Source: Coleofasciculus sp. B1-GNL1-01 (GTDB lineage: Bacteria > Cyanobacteriota > Cyanobacteriia > Cyanobacteriales > Coleofasciculaceae). From it: a stretch of 64,000 nucleotides of DNA. The notes under the pieces were generated by a model. The model did no database searches. It was not told where the DNA came from and saw nothing but the letters and a program-made list of their open reading frames with translations. This document shows positions 8,675 to 17,713 of the stretch, in pieces. Both the position numbers and the translations under genes were made by a program. The DNA is taken from NCBI GenBank assembly GCA_040220235.1, contig JAVJTO010000048.1, one strand, 5' to 3'. The first letter of the stretch is position 1. Each line of letters starts with the position of its first letter.

Positions 8675-9523
8675 CTAACGCCGTCTTCTTCCCATCGAAC
8701 GCCGACGGCTGCCAAAACTGCTACCAAAACGACTGGAACGATTCATCCGTGTCGAACTCGATTTATTAGAACGGCGCAAATTACTAGAACCGAAACCTGA
8801 ACCTGTCGCCCGATTACCTTTTTGGCGATTTTTGCTAGCCGTTGGTGATGAATTAGAGGAACGTCTTAATTGACCTGTACTGCGGAACGTTTGACGATTT
8901 TTTACCGCAGGTGGGGGTTGATTATGACGGGCTTGATATCGGTCTACCGCTTGCGAGTAGGTGCTTCCATATCCACCATATCCAGTCATAATTCCACCAT
9001 GATAAACCGGGGGTACATAATAGCTGGGTCGAAATAATAAACTCCCCAAGGCTTGACCCGCCAAGGCACCTGCAAATGGTGTCCAAAAACTGGATTCTCG
9101 ACGTACAATTACCGTTTCCGGTTGACCCGTTTGCGGATTCGTTTGGGTTTCGGTAACGTTATGCACATATTCAATCCGAAAGTCTTCACTTAAGTGCATA
9201 TCGGCTTGACCATTTTCGATTTGCACGTATGTCTTTTCACCTGATGCTAATTCCTCATCGGTGAGACGGGCTAAGCGCAAATCGGGACTACGCAACACAG
9301 GGGGTGTACCGGGTGGTGTATTTAGCAACATCAGGCTATATTCACCACTGACATCATCATAAGTGGCTTGCTGAACCGGATATTTCCCATCACTGAACTG
9401 CTGGTCATTTGAGGTAACATTGACCGTCTGATTTGGGCTTTGGGCGACAGAAGGCGAACCACAGGCTAGGGTGGTTAAACACAATGCCAAAGACATGAAA
9501 AGGATAATAAATTTTCGCAGCAT
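8675..9523 (-). CDS. Hypothetical lipoprotein with Ser/Arg/Gly-rich tail
   Basis: Signal peptide with lipobox-like TLAC; 282 aa. Confidence 0.7.
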   Translation of the reverse strand: MLRKFIILFMSLALCLTTLACGSPSVAQSPNQTVNVTSNDQQFSDGKYPVQQATYDDVSGEYSLMLLNTPPGTPPVLRSPDLRLARLTDEELASGEKTYVQIENGQADMHLSEDFRIEYVHNVTETQTNPQTGQPETVIVRRESSFWTPFAGALAGQALGSLLFRPSYYVPPVYHGGIMTGYGGYGSTYSQAVDRYQARHNQPPPAVKNRQTFRSTGQLRRSSNSSPTASKNRQKGNRATGSGFGSSNLRRSNKSSSTRMNRSSRFGSSFGSRRRSMGRRRR

Positions 9524-9593
9524 ATCAGAACATTATTGAATTAGGTGATTCATTCGGGATTCAGCTCATCCCACGCCTTGCTAAAATAGCACA

Positions 9594-10460
9594 ATGCAAC
9601 AGATCACAGGGACAACTAAACTCTTAGGTGTAATTGGTCATCCGGTGGAGCATTCTCTATCACCAATTATGCACAATCGCGCGATCGCACAGTTGGGTGT
9701 GGATTATGTCTATCTCCCTCTCCCCGTCAAACCGGAGGATTTAGCTGTCGCCGTGGCGGGGTTTGCGGCGATAGGATTGCAAGGCTTTAATATCACGATT
9801 CCCCATAAACAAGCGATTATCCCCCTGTTAGCCGAGGTATCCGATATCGCCCAACTGGTGGGTGCAGTGAACACCGTTTGGCGTACCGATAAAGGCTGGA
9901 GTGGGACAAATACTGATGTTTTAGGATTTATCGCCCCCCTGAACCAATATCCGCGAGATTGGCATCAAACTAAGGCGGTAGTATTAGGCTATGGTGGTGC
10001 AGCCCGCGCCGTTGTCGTGGGTTGTATGCAGTTAGGGTGTCCAGAGATTTGGGTTGTTGGTCGCAATCCCTATAAACTAAGTCAGTTTCAGCAAAGTTGG
10101 GCAAATACTCCCTTATCTAAGATTCTCCAGGCTTATCCCTGGGAAGAACTCCCCCAATTACTACAACAAGCTGATTTACTGGTGAATACCACACCTGTAG
10201 GGATGCATCCTCATGTCGATCAATCCCCTGTCGATGAACAGACAATGCAAGGATTACCCAAAGGTGCGATCGCCTATGATTTAATTTACACCCCCAATCC
10301 CACCAAATTTCTCCAACAAGCCAAACAACAAGGCGCGAATCCCATTGACGGCTTAGAAATGTTAGTCCAACAAGGTGCAGCCGCCTTAGAAATTTGGTTA
10401 AAACAAACACCACCCGTTGATATCATGCGAGAATCCTTACAACAAAAATTAGGCTTGTAG
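9594..10460 (+). CDS. aroE: Shikimate dehydrogenase
   Basis: GHPVEHSLSP, NITIPHK, GAVNT, NTD and GLEMLVQQG motifs. Confidence 0.95.
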   Translation: MQQITGTTKLLGVIGHPVEHSLSPIMHNRAIAQLGVDYVYLPLPVKPEDLAVAVAGFAAIGLQGFNITIPHKQAIIPLLAEVSDIAQLVGAVNTVWRTDKGWSGTNTDVLGFIAPLNQYPRDWHQTKAVVLGYGGAARAVVVGCMQLGCPEIWVVGRNPYKLSQFQQSWANTPLSKILQAYPWEELPQLLQQADLLVNTTPVGMHPHVDQSPVDEQTMQGLPKGAIAYDLIYTPNPTKFLQQAKQQGANPIDGLEMLVQQGAAALEIWLKQTPPVDIMRESLQQKLGL

Positions 10461-10558
10461 GCTTGTAGTTGCGCTTTAGCGCCTCAAATGTTCGCATCGT
10501 TTACGACAAACACCGAAAATAATACCAAGCAACCGCCATGGCTGTTAGGACACATCAT

Positions 10559-11479
10559 TTATGTAGAGACGCGCCATGGCGCGTCTCTACAATGGTGCTT
10601 AAATAAAAAACGCAACGCCTCAACAATTTGATTCACCGCATCCTCCTGCACAAAATGACCCGCACCTGAAAGAATAACCGTTTTAGACTTCTGAAAAACC
10701 TGCTGAAAACGCAAACGCTGACTCGCCCGAAACGCCGGATCGCGATCGCCCCACAAAATCAATGCTGGCTTATCCGCCAAACGAGAGAGACTTTGGCTAA
10801 CCTGTTGCAGAAATAAATCACTTTTGAGAATCTCTCTAGCAAAAATATGAGTCGGTTCCCTCGAACTTGGCGTCGGAAAGGGAGCGCGATAATGGTGCAT
10901 GAGGACGCGATCGCAACACTGGCGCTGGATTCCCACAGGAATGATCCAATTCACAAAAGCATTGAAACGGCGAATCAAGACACCACCCAGCGCACCTCCA
11001 AAGAATCGGGAAAATCCGGCTAACAGTAGGTTATCATCAACAGCCCAAGCAAACGTATTCGCGATCGCAAACCCCCGGAAACGCTGCGGTTGTTTTCCCG
11101 CCACACCCAAACCAATGGGTCCCCCCCAGTCGTGGACGAACAAAATAATCTCTTGCAAGTCAAGTTGATTAATAAACTCCTCGATCACCCATGCATGTTC
11201 TTGAGGAGTGAACCCATATCCCGCCGCCGCTTCGGAAAGTCCAAACCCTGGATAATCAACAGCAACACAGCGAAAGTCAGCTTTTAACTCGGCAATAATA
11301 TGGCGATAGAGAAAAGACCAGGTAGGATTGCCATGCAAAAATAAAAGGGTAGCACCACTACCTTCATCAACATAGTGAACCCGATGACCTTCAATCTCAA
11401 CAAAGCGAGACGTGAAGGGAAATTGGCGGCGGTCAAGCCAAGGGGGATGGCGGTTGTCACGGGGAAGGGTTTCTATCAT
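10559..11479 (-). CDS. Alpha/beta hydrolase, haloalkane dehalogenase-like
   Basis: LHGNPTWSFLYR, HDWGG and GHFVQED motifs. Confidence 0.85.
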   Translation of the reverse strand: MIETLPRDNRHPPWLDRRQFPFTSRFVEIEGHRVHYVDEGSGATLLFLHGNPTWSFLYRHIIAELKADFRCVAVDYPGFGLSEAAAGYGFTPQEHAWVIEEFINQLDLQEIILFVHDWGGPIGLGVAGKQPQRFRGFAIANTFAWAVDDNLLLAGFSRFFGGALGGVLIRRFNAFVNWIIPVGIQRQCCDRVLMHHYRAPFPTPSSREPTHIFAREILKSDLFLQQVSQSLSRLADKPALILWGDRDPAFRASQRLRFQQVFQKSKTVILSGAGHFVQEDAVNQIVEALRFLFKHHCRDAPWRVST

Positions 11480-11928
11480 TGGCGATTAATCAAAGGCTTA
11501 ACTTTTTCAGCCACGGCTGATGCGCCAGCTTGTTTTTCCGGTTGGCGAGTATACCAATAAGCCCAAGCAATTAACACGGCTTGAAAGGGTAGCCGAATCC
11601 AATAAAACAATTGACTGTGGGGAATTCCTTCAATCTTGATATTATTCAGTGTCATGTAGATATTGGCAGGAAACACCGCAATAAACAGAGCAATCAGTCC
11701 CCAAGCGGCGGCGACGCTGACAAATGGAATCATTAAGCCAATACCGCCGAGAATCTCGAAGAATCCGCTCACATAGACGGATGTCAATGGCGGAAAGGGT
11801 GGCGGAACGATGCGGGCATATTGTTCGGGTTTCAGGAAATGGGTGATACCGACGATGATGATACATACTGCAAGAACACCCCGCAGGATTTCTTTGCGGC
11901 GATAACTGTTGTCAGGTGATTGAAACAT
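11476..11928 (-). CDS. DoxX family membrane protein
   Basis: GITHF, SGFFEILGG, FPANIYM and RLPFQ motifs; 4-bp overlap with the hydrolase gene. Confidence 0.8.
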   Translation of the reverse strand: MFQSPDNSYRRKEILRGVLAVCIIIVGITHFLKPEQYARIVPPPFPPLTSVYVSGFFEILGGIGLMIPFVSVAAAWGLIALFIAVFPANIYMTLNNIKIEGIPHSQLFYWIRLPFQAVLIAWAYWYTRQPEKQAGASAVAEKVKPLINRQ

Positions 11929-12014
11929 AAGGAATAGAGGAAACTCACAATCACAGGATAGAGAGTGCGATCGCGATCGTGCGTCTATCCATAGTTAGCT
12001 CTTAAACTGCTCGA

Positions 12015-12117
12015 TAAGCTGTCATGCATTTAAATTGGGTATTAGTAGCGAGCAAGATGCTCGCATTACAAGGCTTTCGCCGTTATTGATATTAAGGTTT
12101 AAATGCCGAACAGCTTA
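12015..12117. mobile_element. 103-bp MITE with TA ends and imperfect terminal inverted repeats
   Basis: TAAGCTGTCATGCATTTAAA...TTTAAATGCCGAACAGCTTA with internal palindrome GCGAGCAAGATGCTCGC. Confidence 0.75.
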
Positions 12118-12213
12118 ATCAGTATCGGGTTCTAAAAGCCCTCAATTGAATCAATCCGTCCTGAATATAGATGCCTAGAATAGGAGTCAATATTGATAAT
12201 CTTTGCCGGACTT

Positions 12214-12615
12214 TTAATTGACCTGATCATACTGCAAATATTCCAGCATCAGTAAACGCAAGTAATCTAACATTCTAATATAACCCTTCATTTGCTCATA
12301 CTTGCCATTACTGTCAAAGTAAAAATGGACGATAACAGTTATCCTAAAAACTCGCATTTCTCGCAATTGATCAATTGCCTGGGTTTCATTTAGAATCCAC
12401 CCTTGCGTCTGAATTTGATTGGCATAACCTCGGAGACTGACCGTTAAGAGTTCAATTTCCTCTAACAGGGAAAACTCGTCATTAGATGGACAAAAATTAG
12501 ACACAATTTCTTTTCGTTCTCTTTGAGTATTCTGTTCGGCTAATTTCATCTCATCTAGCAAACGCACAATATGAGTTTTAGTTGCTTCTCTTTCATTTAA
12601 GACTGCTTCACTCAT
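12214..12615 (-). CDS. Hypothetical helical protein
   Basis: ATG at 12615 overlaps the end of the upstream gene; no recognised motif. Confidence 0.6.
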   Translation of the reverse strand: MSEAVLNEREATKTHIVRLLDEMKLAEQNTQRERKEIVSNFCPSNDEFSLLEEIELLTVSLRGYANQIQTQGWILNETQAIDQLREMRVFRITVIVHFYFDSNGKYEQMKGYIRMLDYLRLLMLEYLQYDQVN

Positions 12616-12955
12616 CGTTAACTCCATAGGTGACAATTTTTTCAGTACCAAATTTGTCAGATCTAACAATCAGAAATTCATTTCCTTTGCGATATACGGC
12701 TGAAGCATCCCAACGATATCCTGTTTGCGGAATCCTAATGGCTCCTTTTTTATTAAAATTATGGGCTTTTCGGAGATATTTTAACGGTTCAATATCTTTT
12801 CTAGCCGCGTGGTCTAAGATACTCTGAGCTACACTGATATAGGTAGAAGCATCCCACTCATTCAAATACTGTTGAATCTCTGCGGCTTCGGCTTCAGTAT
12901 ATCCTGCGAGGAGATTTTCCCAAAATGGATCAGAGATAGACTGGTCTTCTGCCAT
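12608..12955 (-). CDS. Hypothetical protein, possibly small RNase-toxin-like
   Basis: 115 aa with acidic N-half and basic C-half ending KIVTYG; coupled to the downstream ORF. Confidence 0.6.
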   Translation of the reverse strand: MAEDQSISDPFWENLLAGYTEAEAAEIQQYLNEWDASTYISVAQSILDHAARKDIEPLKYLRKAHNFNKKGAIRIPQTGYRWDASAVYRKGNEFLIVRSDKFGTEKIVTYGVNDE

Positions 12956-13152
12956 TATTGCTCACTCATATCTCTGCTAGTTTCTCCGACTCAAGTAAGG
13001 ATCTTGCTGCAAATCATTATATTGTGAATGCGTTGAAAGAGCGATCGCGCTCCTGGGTTGCTCCGCCGTTAATTGCCACCGCCCTAACCTGACATTAGAA
13101 GTCAAAAATGCAACTTAATGATTGACATTGTTAGATTAATGATCTAACTTCA

Positions 13153-13204
13153 TCAACACCTCGGCTCCGCTCGGTGTTGACCCTGAGCGGAGCCGAAGGG
13201 TCAA
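13153..13204. repeat. REP-like nested palindrome (CCCTGAGCGGAGCCGAAGGG family)
   Basis: Hairpins CAACAC..GTGTTG and TTGACCCT..AGGGTCAA; same family at 63881-63958. Confidence 0.7.
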
Positions 13205-13238
13205 ATCTGTCACTCCACACCGTTGAGGGACTCTTGCC

Positions 13239-14438
13239 ATGACGAACAACATCCTTGACAAAATTGATACCCAGAGATTGGGGGAACTCCTTCAACAAGC
13301 GCGTAATCAGTGTGGCATGACCCAAGCGGATGCAGCTAAAGTCATCGATGCAGCGCGTACAACGATGGTTGCGATTGAGAAAGGAGAGCGCCGTCTTAAG
13401 CCAACAGAACTGATCAAGCTTGCCCGTGCTTACGGACGAGCCGTCAGCGACTTTGTGCGCCAACCTCCAGTGGCGCAACCGTTGGAGGTTCAATTCCGAG
13501 CAGCTTACCGACGCAATGCTGTTGAAGAGTTGCAGATTGAACCCATCATTCGACTCCTAGAGGAGTTGTGCCAGAATTATCTGGAGCTTGAAGAGATTAT
13601 GGATGCACCACTCCCGCGAAACTATCCTCGTGAATATCAGGTGAGTGGTATGCCCATAGAACGGGCGGCGGAGAGTATTGCCGTTGAAGAACGTCAACGC
13701 CTCGGTCTTGGAGATGGTCCCATTCCTCTGCTTCGAGACATCTTAGAGCAGAGTGTAGGACTCCGCATCTTTTACTTAAAAATGCCACAAAAATACTCAG
13801 AACTCTATAGTTACGACGAGCAACGGGGTGGCTGCATGGCAATTAATGCTCATCATCCCGAAGAACGGCGACGTTGGTCATTAGCCCATGGATATCTACA
13901 CTTTCTTGCTCATCGACGCAAGCCTGTACTTGATTTTGAGGGACAGTATAAGAGAATGCCAGAAAGTGAACGACTTGCCGAAGCCTTCCCCAAATATTTC
14001 CTGATGCCAACGAGTGGTTTACTTAAACGATTTAATGATATGTATCGCGCCAATGGTAAGTTCACTCCCACCAATTTATTTACGTTGGCTCATTACTACG
14101 GCGTATCTGTGCAAGCGCTGATTTATCGGTTAGAGGAGATGGAACTGCTGCCATCTGGAACGTGGGATCGATTAAGCGATCGCGGATTGAAAGTCAGAAA
14201 AGTACAGGAGGAACTTGGCTTGGAAGAAATTCCCCAACGTACTGATACGATGCCAGTCCACTACCAACATCTTGCGATTGAAGCATTTGATCAGGGGCTG
14301 ATTACTGAAGGGCGCTTCGCCGATTTTCTTCATGTTGATCGCCTCGAAGCCCGTCGCCTTGCCGAAGTATTGCGAGAGTATTCCAGTGGAATGGTGGAGG
14401 AAGCGACTGATTTGGATTTACGCCAAGGGCAGGAATGA
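13239..14438 (+). CDS. XRE HTH fused to an ImmA/IrrE (M78) metallopeptidase-like domain
   Basis: MTQADAAKVIDAARTTMVAIEKGER HTH; RRRWSLAHGYLH (HExxH variant); ESERLAEAF..YFLMP. Confidence 0.85.
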   Translation: MTNNILDKIDTQRLGELLQQARNQCGMTQADAAKVIDAARTTMVAIEKGERRLKPTELIKLARAYGRAVSDFVRQPPVAQPLEVQFRAAYRRNAVEELQIEPIIRLLEELCQNYLELEEIMDAPLPRNYPREYQVSGMPIERAAESIAVEERQRLGLGDGPIPLLRDILEQSVGLRIFYLKMPQKYSELYSYDEQRGGCMAINAHHPEERRRWSLAHGYLHFLAHRRKPVLDFEGQYKRMPESERLAEAFPKYFLMPTSGLLKRFNDMYRANGKFTPTNLFTLAHYYGVSVQALIYRLEEMELLPSGTWDRLSDRGLKVRKVQEELGLEEIPQRTDTMPVHYQHLAIEAFDQGLITEGRFADFLHVDRLEARRLAEVLREYSSGMVEEATDLDLRQGQE

Positions 14439-14622
14439 CGGAAGGTTAACTTATCCAGAGATAATCAAGCATTGGTCTGAGAAAGTATCTCTTGATGCTT
14501 CAATACTACGGGATGCACTCAGGGCAATTCGGGTCAAGGGACGATATTTACCGCCTAAAAACCATCCTTTACTAAGTTGGTGGCAAGCTGCTTTGACTGA
14601 GCCAGATGCTTTAGAGGAATGA
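14435..14622 (+). pseudogene. Internally deleted partner gene, probably a PIN-like remnant
   Basis: ATGA-coupled start reads MTEG*; another frame then gives EIIKHWSE...IRVKGRYLPPKNHPLLSWW, which resembles C-termini of PIN-like partners of XRE-IrrE genes (recalled, not searched). Confidence 0.55.
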
Positions 14623-14633
14623 GATTCTATTGC

Positions 14634-14736
14634 TAAGCTGTTATTCATTTAAACCTTAATGTCAGAAACTGCAAAACCCTTGTAATGCGAGCATCTTGCT
14701 CGCTACCCATTCCCAATTTAAATGCGTGACAGCTTA
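14634..14736. mobile_element. 103-bp MITE, inverted copy of 12015-12117
   Basis: Its reverse complement aligns end to end with 12015-12117, with scattered substitutions. Confidence 0.75.
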
Positions 14737-14753
14737 CTACCCTAACTTGAGGT

Positions 14754-15659
14754 CTAAGAATACCGGATTTGCAGCAGTAGTCTATCTGCTTTAACCGGAG
14801 AAATTACGCGGTGAATGCAGGAAGGGTCTTGCACAAAACCAAATCCACTTTCTCCTTCAATGATCAGTTGATTGTCTTGTCCGTAATAATTAAGTACCGC
14901 CTTGTCCGACTGACGACCCGCAGCCAAGGTCATGTAAAGTGGCTTTTTCCGATGAGAGCCTTTGATCATAACATGAGCGCCCGAATCAGCATTCACATCG
15001 GTGATATAAAAATAGGCGGTCATAAAGTTGTACCCAGCGATATCATAGTGAAAATTTGTGGGTGGATAACTCTGTCTAATTTCTGACTCTCTGAGATCTG
15101 ACACTAAACTCCAAGTCAGATGCTGGGTAATTTGGTTGGGCCAATACCCCAGATAGTTCTTAACGATTTGCAACAGCAGAGGATCTTGGGTAATTTTTTG
15201 AATGGCTTCGCAATTCATGACATCACGCACCAAGGCACGCAGCACGGGATGCTCACCTCGCTTTCGACTATTTCTAATTACCTCTTCGATGAAAAACTCG
15301 TCGTCAGACTCAGGTTCAATACAAGGTGTTTGAATGGCATATTGATAGATTTCTTTGACCATTGACGGCGATAAATGCAGACCAAATCCTACTCCTTCAT
15401 GACGGAGTTGTTGGACACATCTATCTAGGGAAACACCGTCAAACATTGAATCGGAAGCAATCTTCAGACGTTTTTTGTAGAAATCGGGATTTAGGCGCTG
15501 TCGCCTAGCTTGGAGAAGACTATATATTCTCCGACAGATAAGGAAACGACCAAACCGCTGCGTGAAGTCTCCTTGGGTTAACCGCTTGATCGGGTTTGAG
15601 GCTGAACTTAAGCGTCCTTTTGAACGTTCTAATGGGGCAGTTTTCATGACAATTCTCAA
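14754..15659 (-). CDS. PhyH-like Fe(II)/2-oxoglutarate dioxygenase-fold protein
   Basis: FHYD, YITDV..DSGAHVMIKGSH, distal CIHR and RLLLQ motifs. Confidence 0.65.
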   Translation of the reverse strand: MRIVMKTAPLERSKGRLSSASNPIKRLTQGDFTQRFGRFLICRRIYSLLQARRQRLNPDFYKKRLKIASDSMFDGVSLDRCVQQLRHEGVGFGLHLSPSMVKEIYQYAIQTPCIEPESDDEFFIEEVIRNSRKRGEHPVLRALVRDVMNCEAIQKITQDPLLLQIVKNYLGYWPNQITQHLTWSLVSDLRESEIRQSYPPTNFHYDIAGYNFMTAYFYITDVNADSGAHVMIKGSHRKKPLYMTLAAGRQSDKAVLNYYGQDNQLIIEGESGFGFVQDPSCIHRVISPVKADRLLLQIRYS

Positions 15660-15977
15660 GACACTTGGCTACATCTACTACTCTCATCATTACTTTTGGG
15701 GATCAGGAGTGTCACACCCAGTTTTAGATCAGTAGTTTACGTCGCGAAACTGATCCGTTATTTCTTTTAGAGAGAATTGTACAGGCAATCTATTCGAGTT
15801 CCCTCCCCTTGGTAAGGGGAGGGTTAGGGTGGGGTTAGATCAAGGTATCGCTGTCTTTTTAAAGCTTAAGTTGACACCAATGAATGCAATAGCCCCTACA
15901 GCCCTAAAACAAGCCAAGAACTCAAGTTCTTGGCTTATAGCTCAAGTCCATTAAAATGGACTAATACCAAATCCGGG

Positions 15978-16208
15978 TTAACTACCCCCTTTATGGGTGG
16001 GGAATAGCAGCCAAGGGATAAAGGGGATGACAACGGCGGATTTGGTATTATAACCTAGTCCGCGCAGGCGGACGCAAGTTTGTGTAGCAGCGATTTCAAT
16101 CGCCGTGGCAAAAGGGAGTGATAAAGACTGAGGAATTAGTTTAGGAATTAGATTGTTATATACTATGGCTGCATTTTCAAACGTTTGGCGAACTTGTTCA
16201 GTATTCAT
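15978..16208 (-). pseudogene. Possible N-terminal remnant of a class I SAM methyltransferase that runs into repeats
   Basis: MNTEQVRQTFENAAIVYNNLIPKLIP followed by REP-like sequence at about 16055-16106. Confidence 0.3.
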
Positions 16209-16251
16209 TAATTTTTACCTCGATTATAATTAAACCTGAACCCGAGGTGAC

Positions 16252-17556
16252 CTAAACAGAATACTTTTGTGAAAAGGATGAAACCTGGGCTTCCAACTCA
16301 TCGCACGCTTCACGTACCAACCGCAACCCTGCTTCCTTTTCTAGTTTAGCGCCTGCGGGAACAAACTCTTGCATAATTTCCGCTTCTGTTGTTTGATAGT
16401 CACCCCAATCTGACTTCAATTTTTCAAAGTAATTAATTCCCTCACTACCATCTTGAATCGCAAACTCTAAAATAGAATCCAGATAAGCCGTAACCTTAGA
16501 ACTCTTCACTCCCTCCGTCACAGCCGCAAATAATAATTCACCATTGAGATAGTCAAAATCGGGTACAATTAGCCAATCATCACGTAACTCAAAGGTCTGA
16601 GCGCCTTGAGCAGGTCTAACTGTTATTCCTTCCTGTCTGACTCGCTGAGCTGCATTGTAAACTAATCTCATAATTGTGAAAATTACGTCTGGATAATTAC
16701 TATCAATTCCGCGTAATTCCACCGTTCCTAATGCATTGAGTCGCACTGGATTCCAACCCGCTTTTAGTAAATTTCCGCCGCCTTCAGTAAATAAATCCCG
16801 CTCAACTCCAGCATTATCCATCGCGGTTAGCCATGCATAATAGCGTTCAAATTGCAACTCTACTAACTGTTCCACAGAATCGGCATAGGGCATTAAACCG
16901 CCAACCGATTGTAAGTGAGTATACACGCCTTCCCAGCCAAATCTGTCACTCCCCCGATAGCGGACAATGTGATAGGCAAGTCCCGTGGCTTCTCCTTCAT
17001 AAAAGGGACAGGCGCGTCCCAAGGCGATGAGGGCAGAATCTAAGGCTGTGGCTAAATTGTAAATATTAATCAGTTCTTCGCGTTCGGCGGCGCTGCTGTT
17101 GTAAGAGACACCAACGCGGGAATCAATGACTCCTGGTGGTACTTCTAAATGGATATGGGTTCCTGTACATTTACCCGCATTTAAAAATCGGTCATAGCCA
17201 ACGGTGCGAACTTGGACATGATAGCTTAATTTATCCCGAATAACGGGAATTAAATGTAAGGGATAGCTGGATAGGGGATAAAGCCGCAAATGCATCTTTT
17301 TCCCCACCTGTAATCCGAGTTGTAAGTTTTTTAGATAGGCTGAGGCTAATTCGGTGGGAGTATGGGCGGGAGGGGTATTAATTTCGATCATTCCCTTTAC
17401 CCATTCCGGCATAAAGTAATCGGGATTTAAACCAATGGATTCGGCTTCTTGGCGACAATTTTTCAAAAATTCATCGGCACGATTGGAAAATTTTCCTGTT
17501 TCTTCTACGAGGAAAAATTCTTGTTCTAAACCGATGCGACGTTTACCTAGTTTCAT
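16252..17556 (-). CDS. Glutamate-cysteine ligase family 2 (GCS2/carboxylate-amine ligase)
   Basis: IGLEQEFFLV, IEINT, GTHIH, WNPVR and TVELRGID motifs. Confidence 0.8.
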   Translation of the reverse strand: MKLGKRRIGLEQEFFLVEETGKFSNRADEFLKNCRQEAESIGLNPDYFMPEWVKGMIEINTPPAHTPTELASAYLKNLQLGLQVGKKMHLRLYPLSSYPLHLIPVIRDKLSYHVQVRTVGYDRFLNAGKCTGTHIHLEVPPGVIDSRVGVSYNSSAAEREELINIYNLATALDSALIALGRACPFYEGEATGLAYHIVRYRGSDRFGWEGVYTHLQSVGGLMPYADSVEQLVELQFERYYAWLTAMDNAGVERDLFTEGGGNLLKAGWNPVRLNALGTVELRGIDSNYPDVIFTIMRLVYNAAQRVRQEGITVRPAQGAQTFELRDDWLIVPDFDYLNGELLFAAVTEGVKSSKVTAYLDSILEFAIQDGSEGINYFEKLKSDWGDYQTTEAEIMQEFVPAGAKLEKEAGLRLVREACDELEAQVSSFSQKYSV

Positions 17557-17713
17557 AGTGTTAACGGTTTCTGGGTTATTTCAAGGAGGCGGAACCTCCT
17601 CAATAGCATTTCCTTTTCATACCTGGAACGAGACTAAGCAGTCAGGGCGGGTTTTGCAGATAGGTTATTATCAATGGCGAAACGATATATCCTAAACCCG
17701 CCCCTACTCACCA

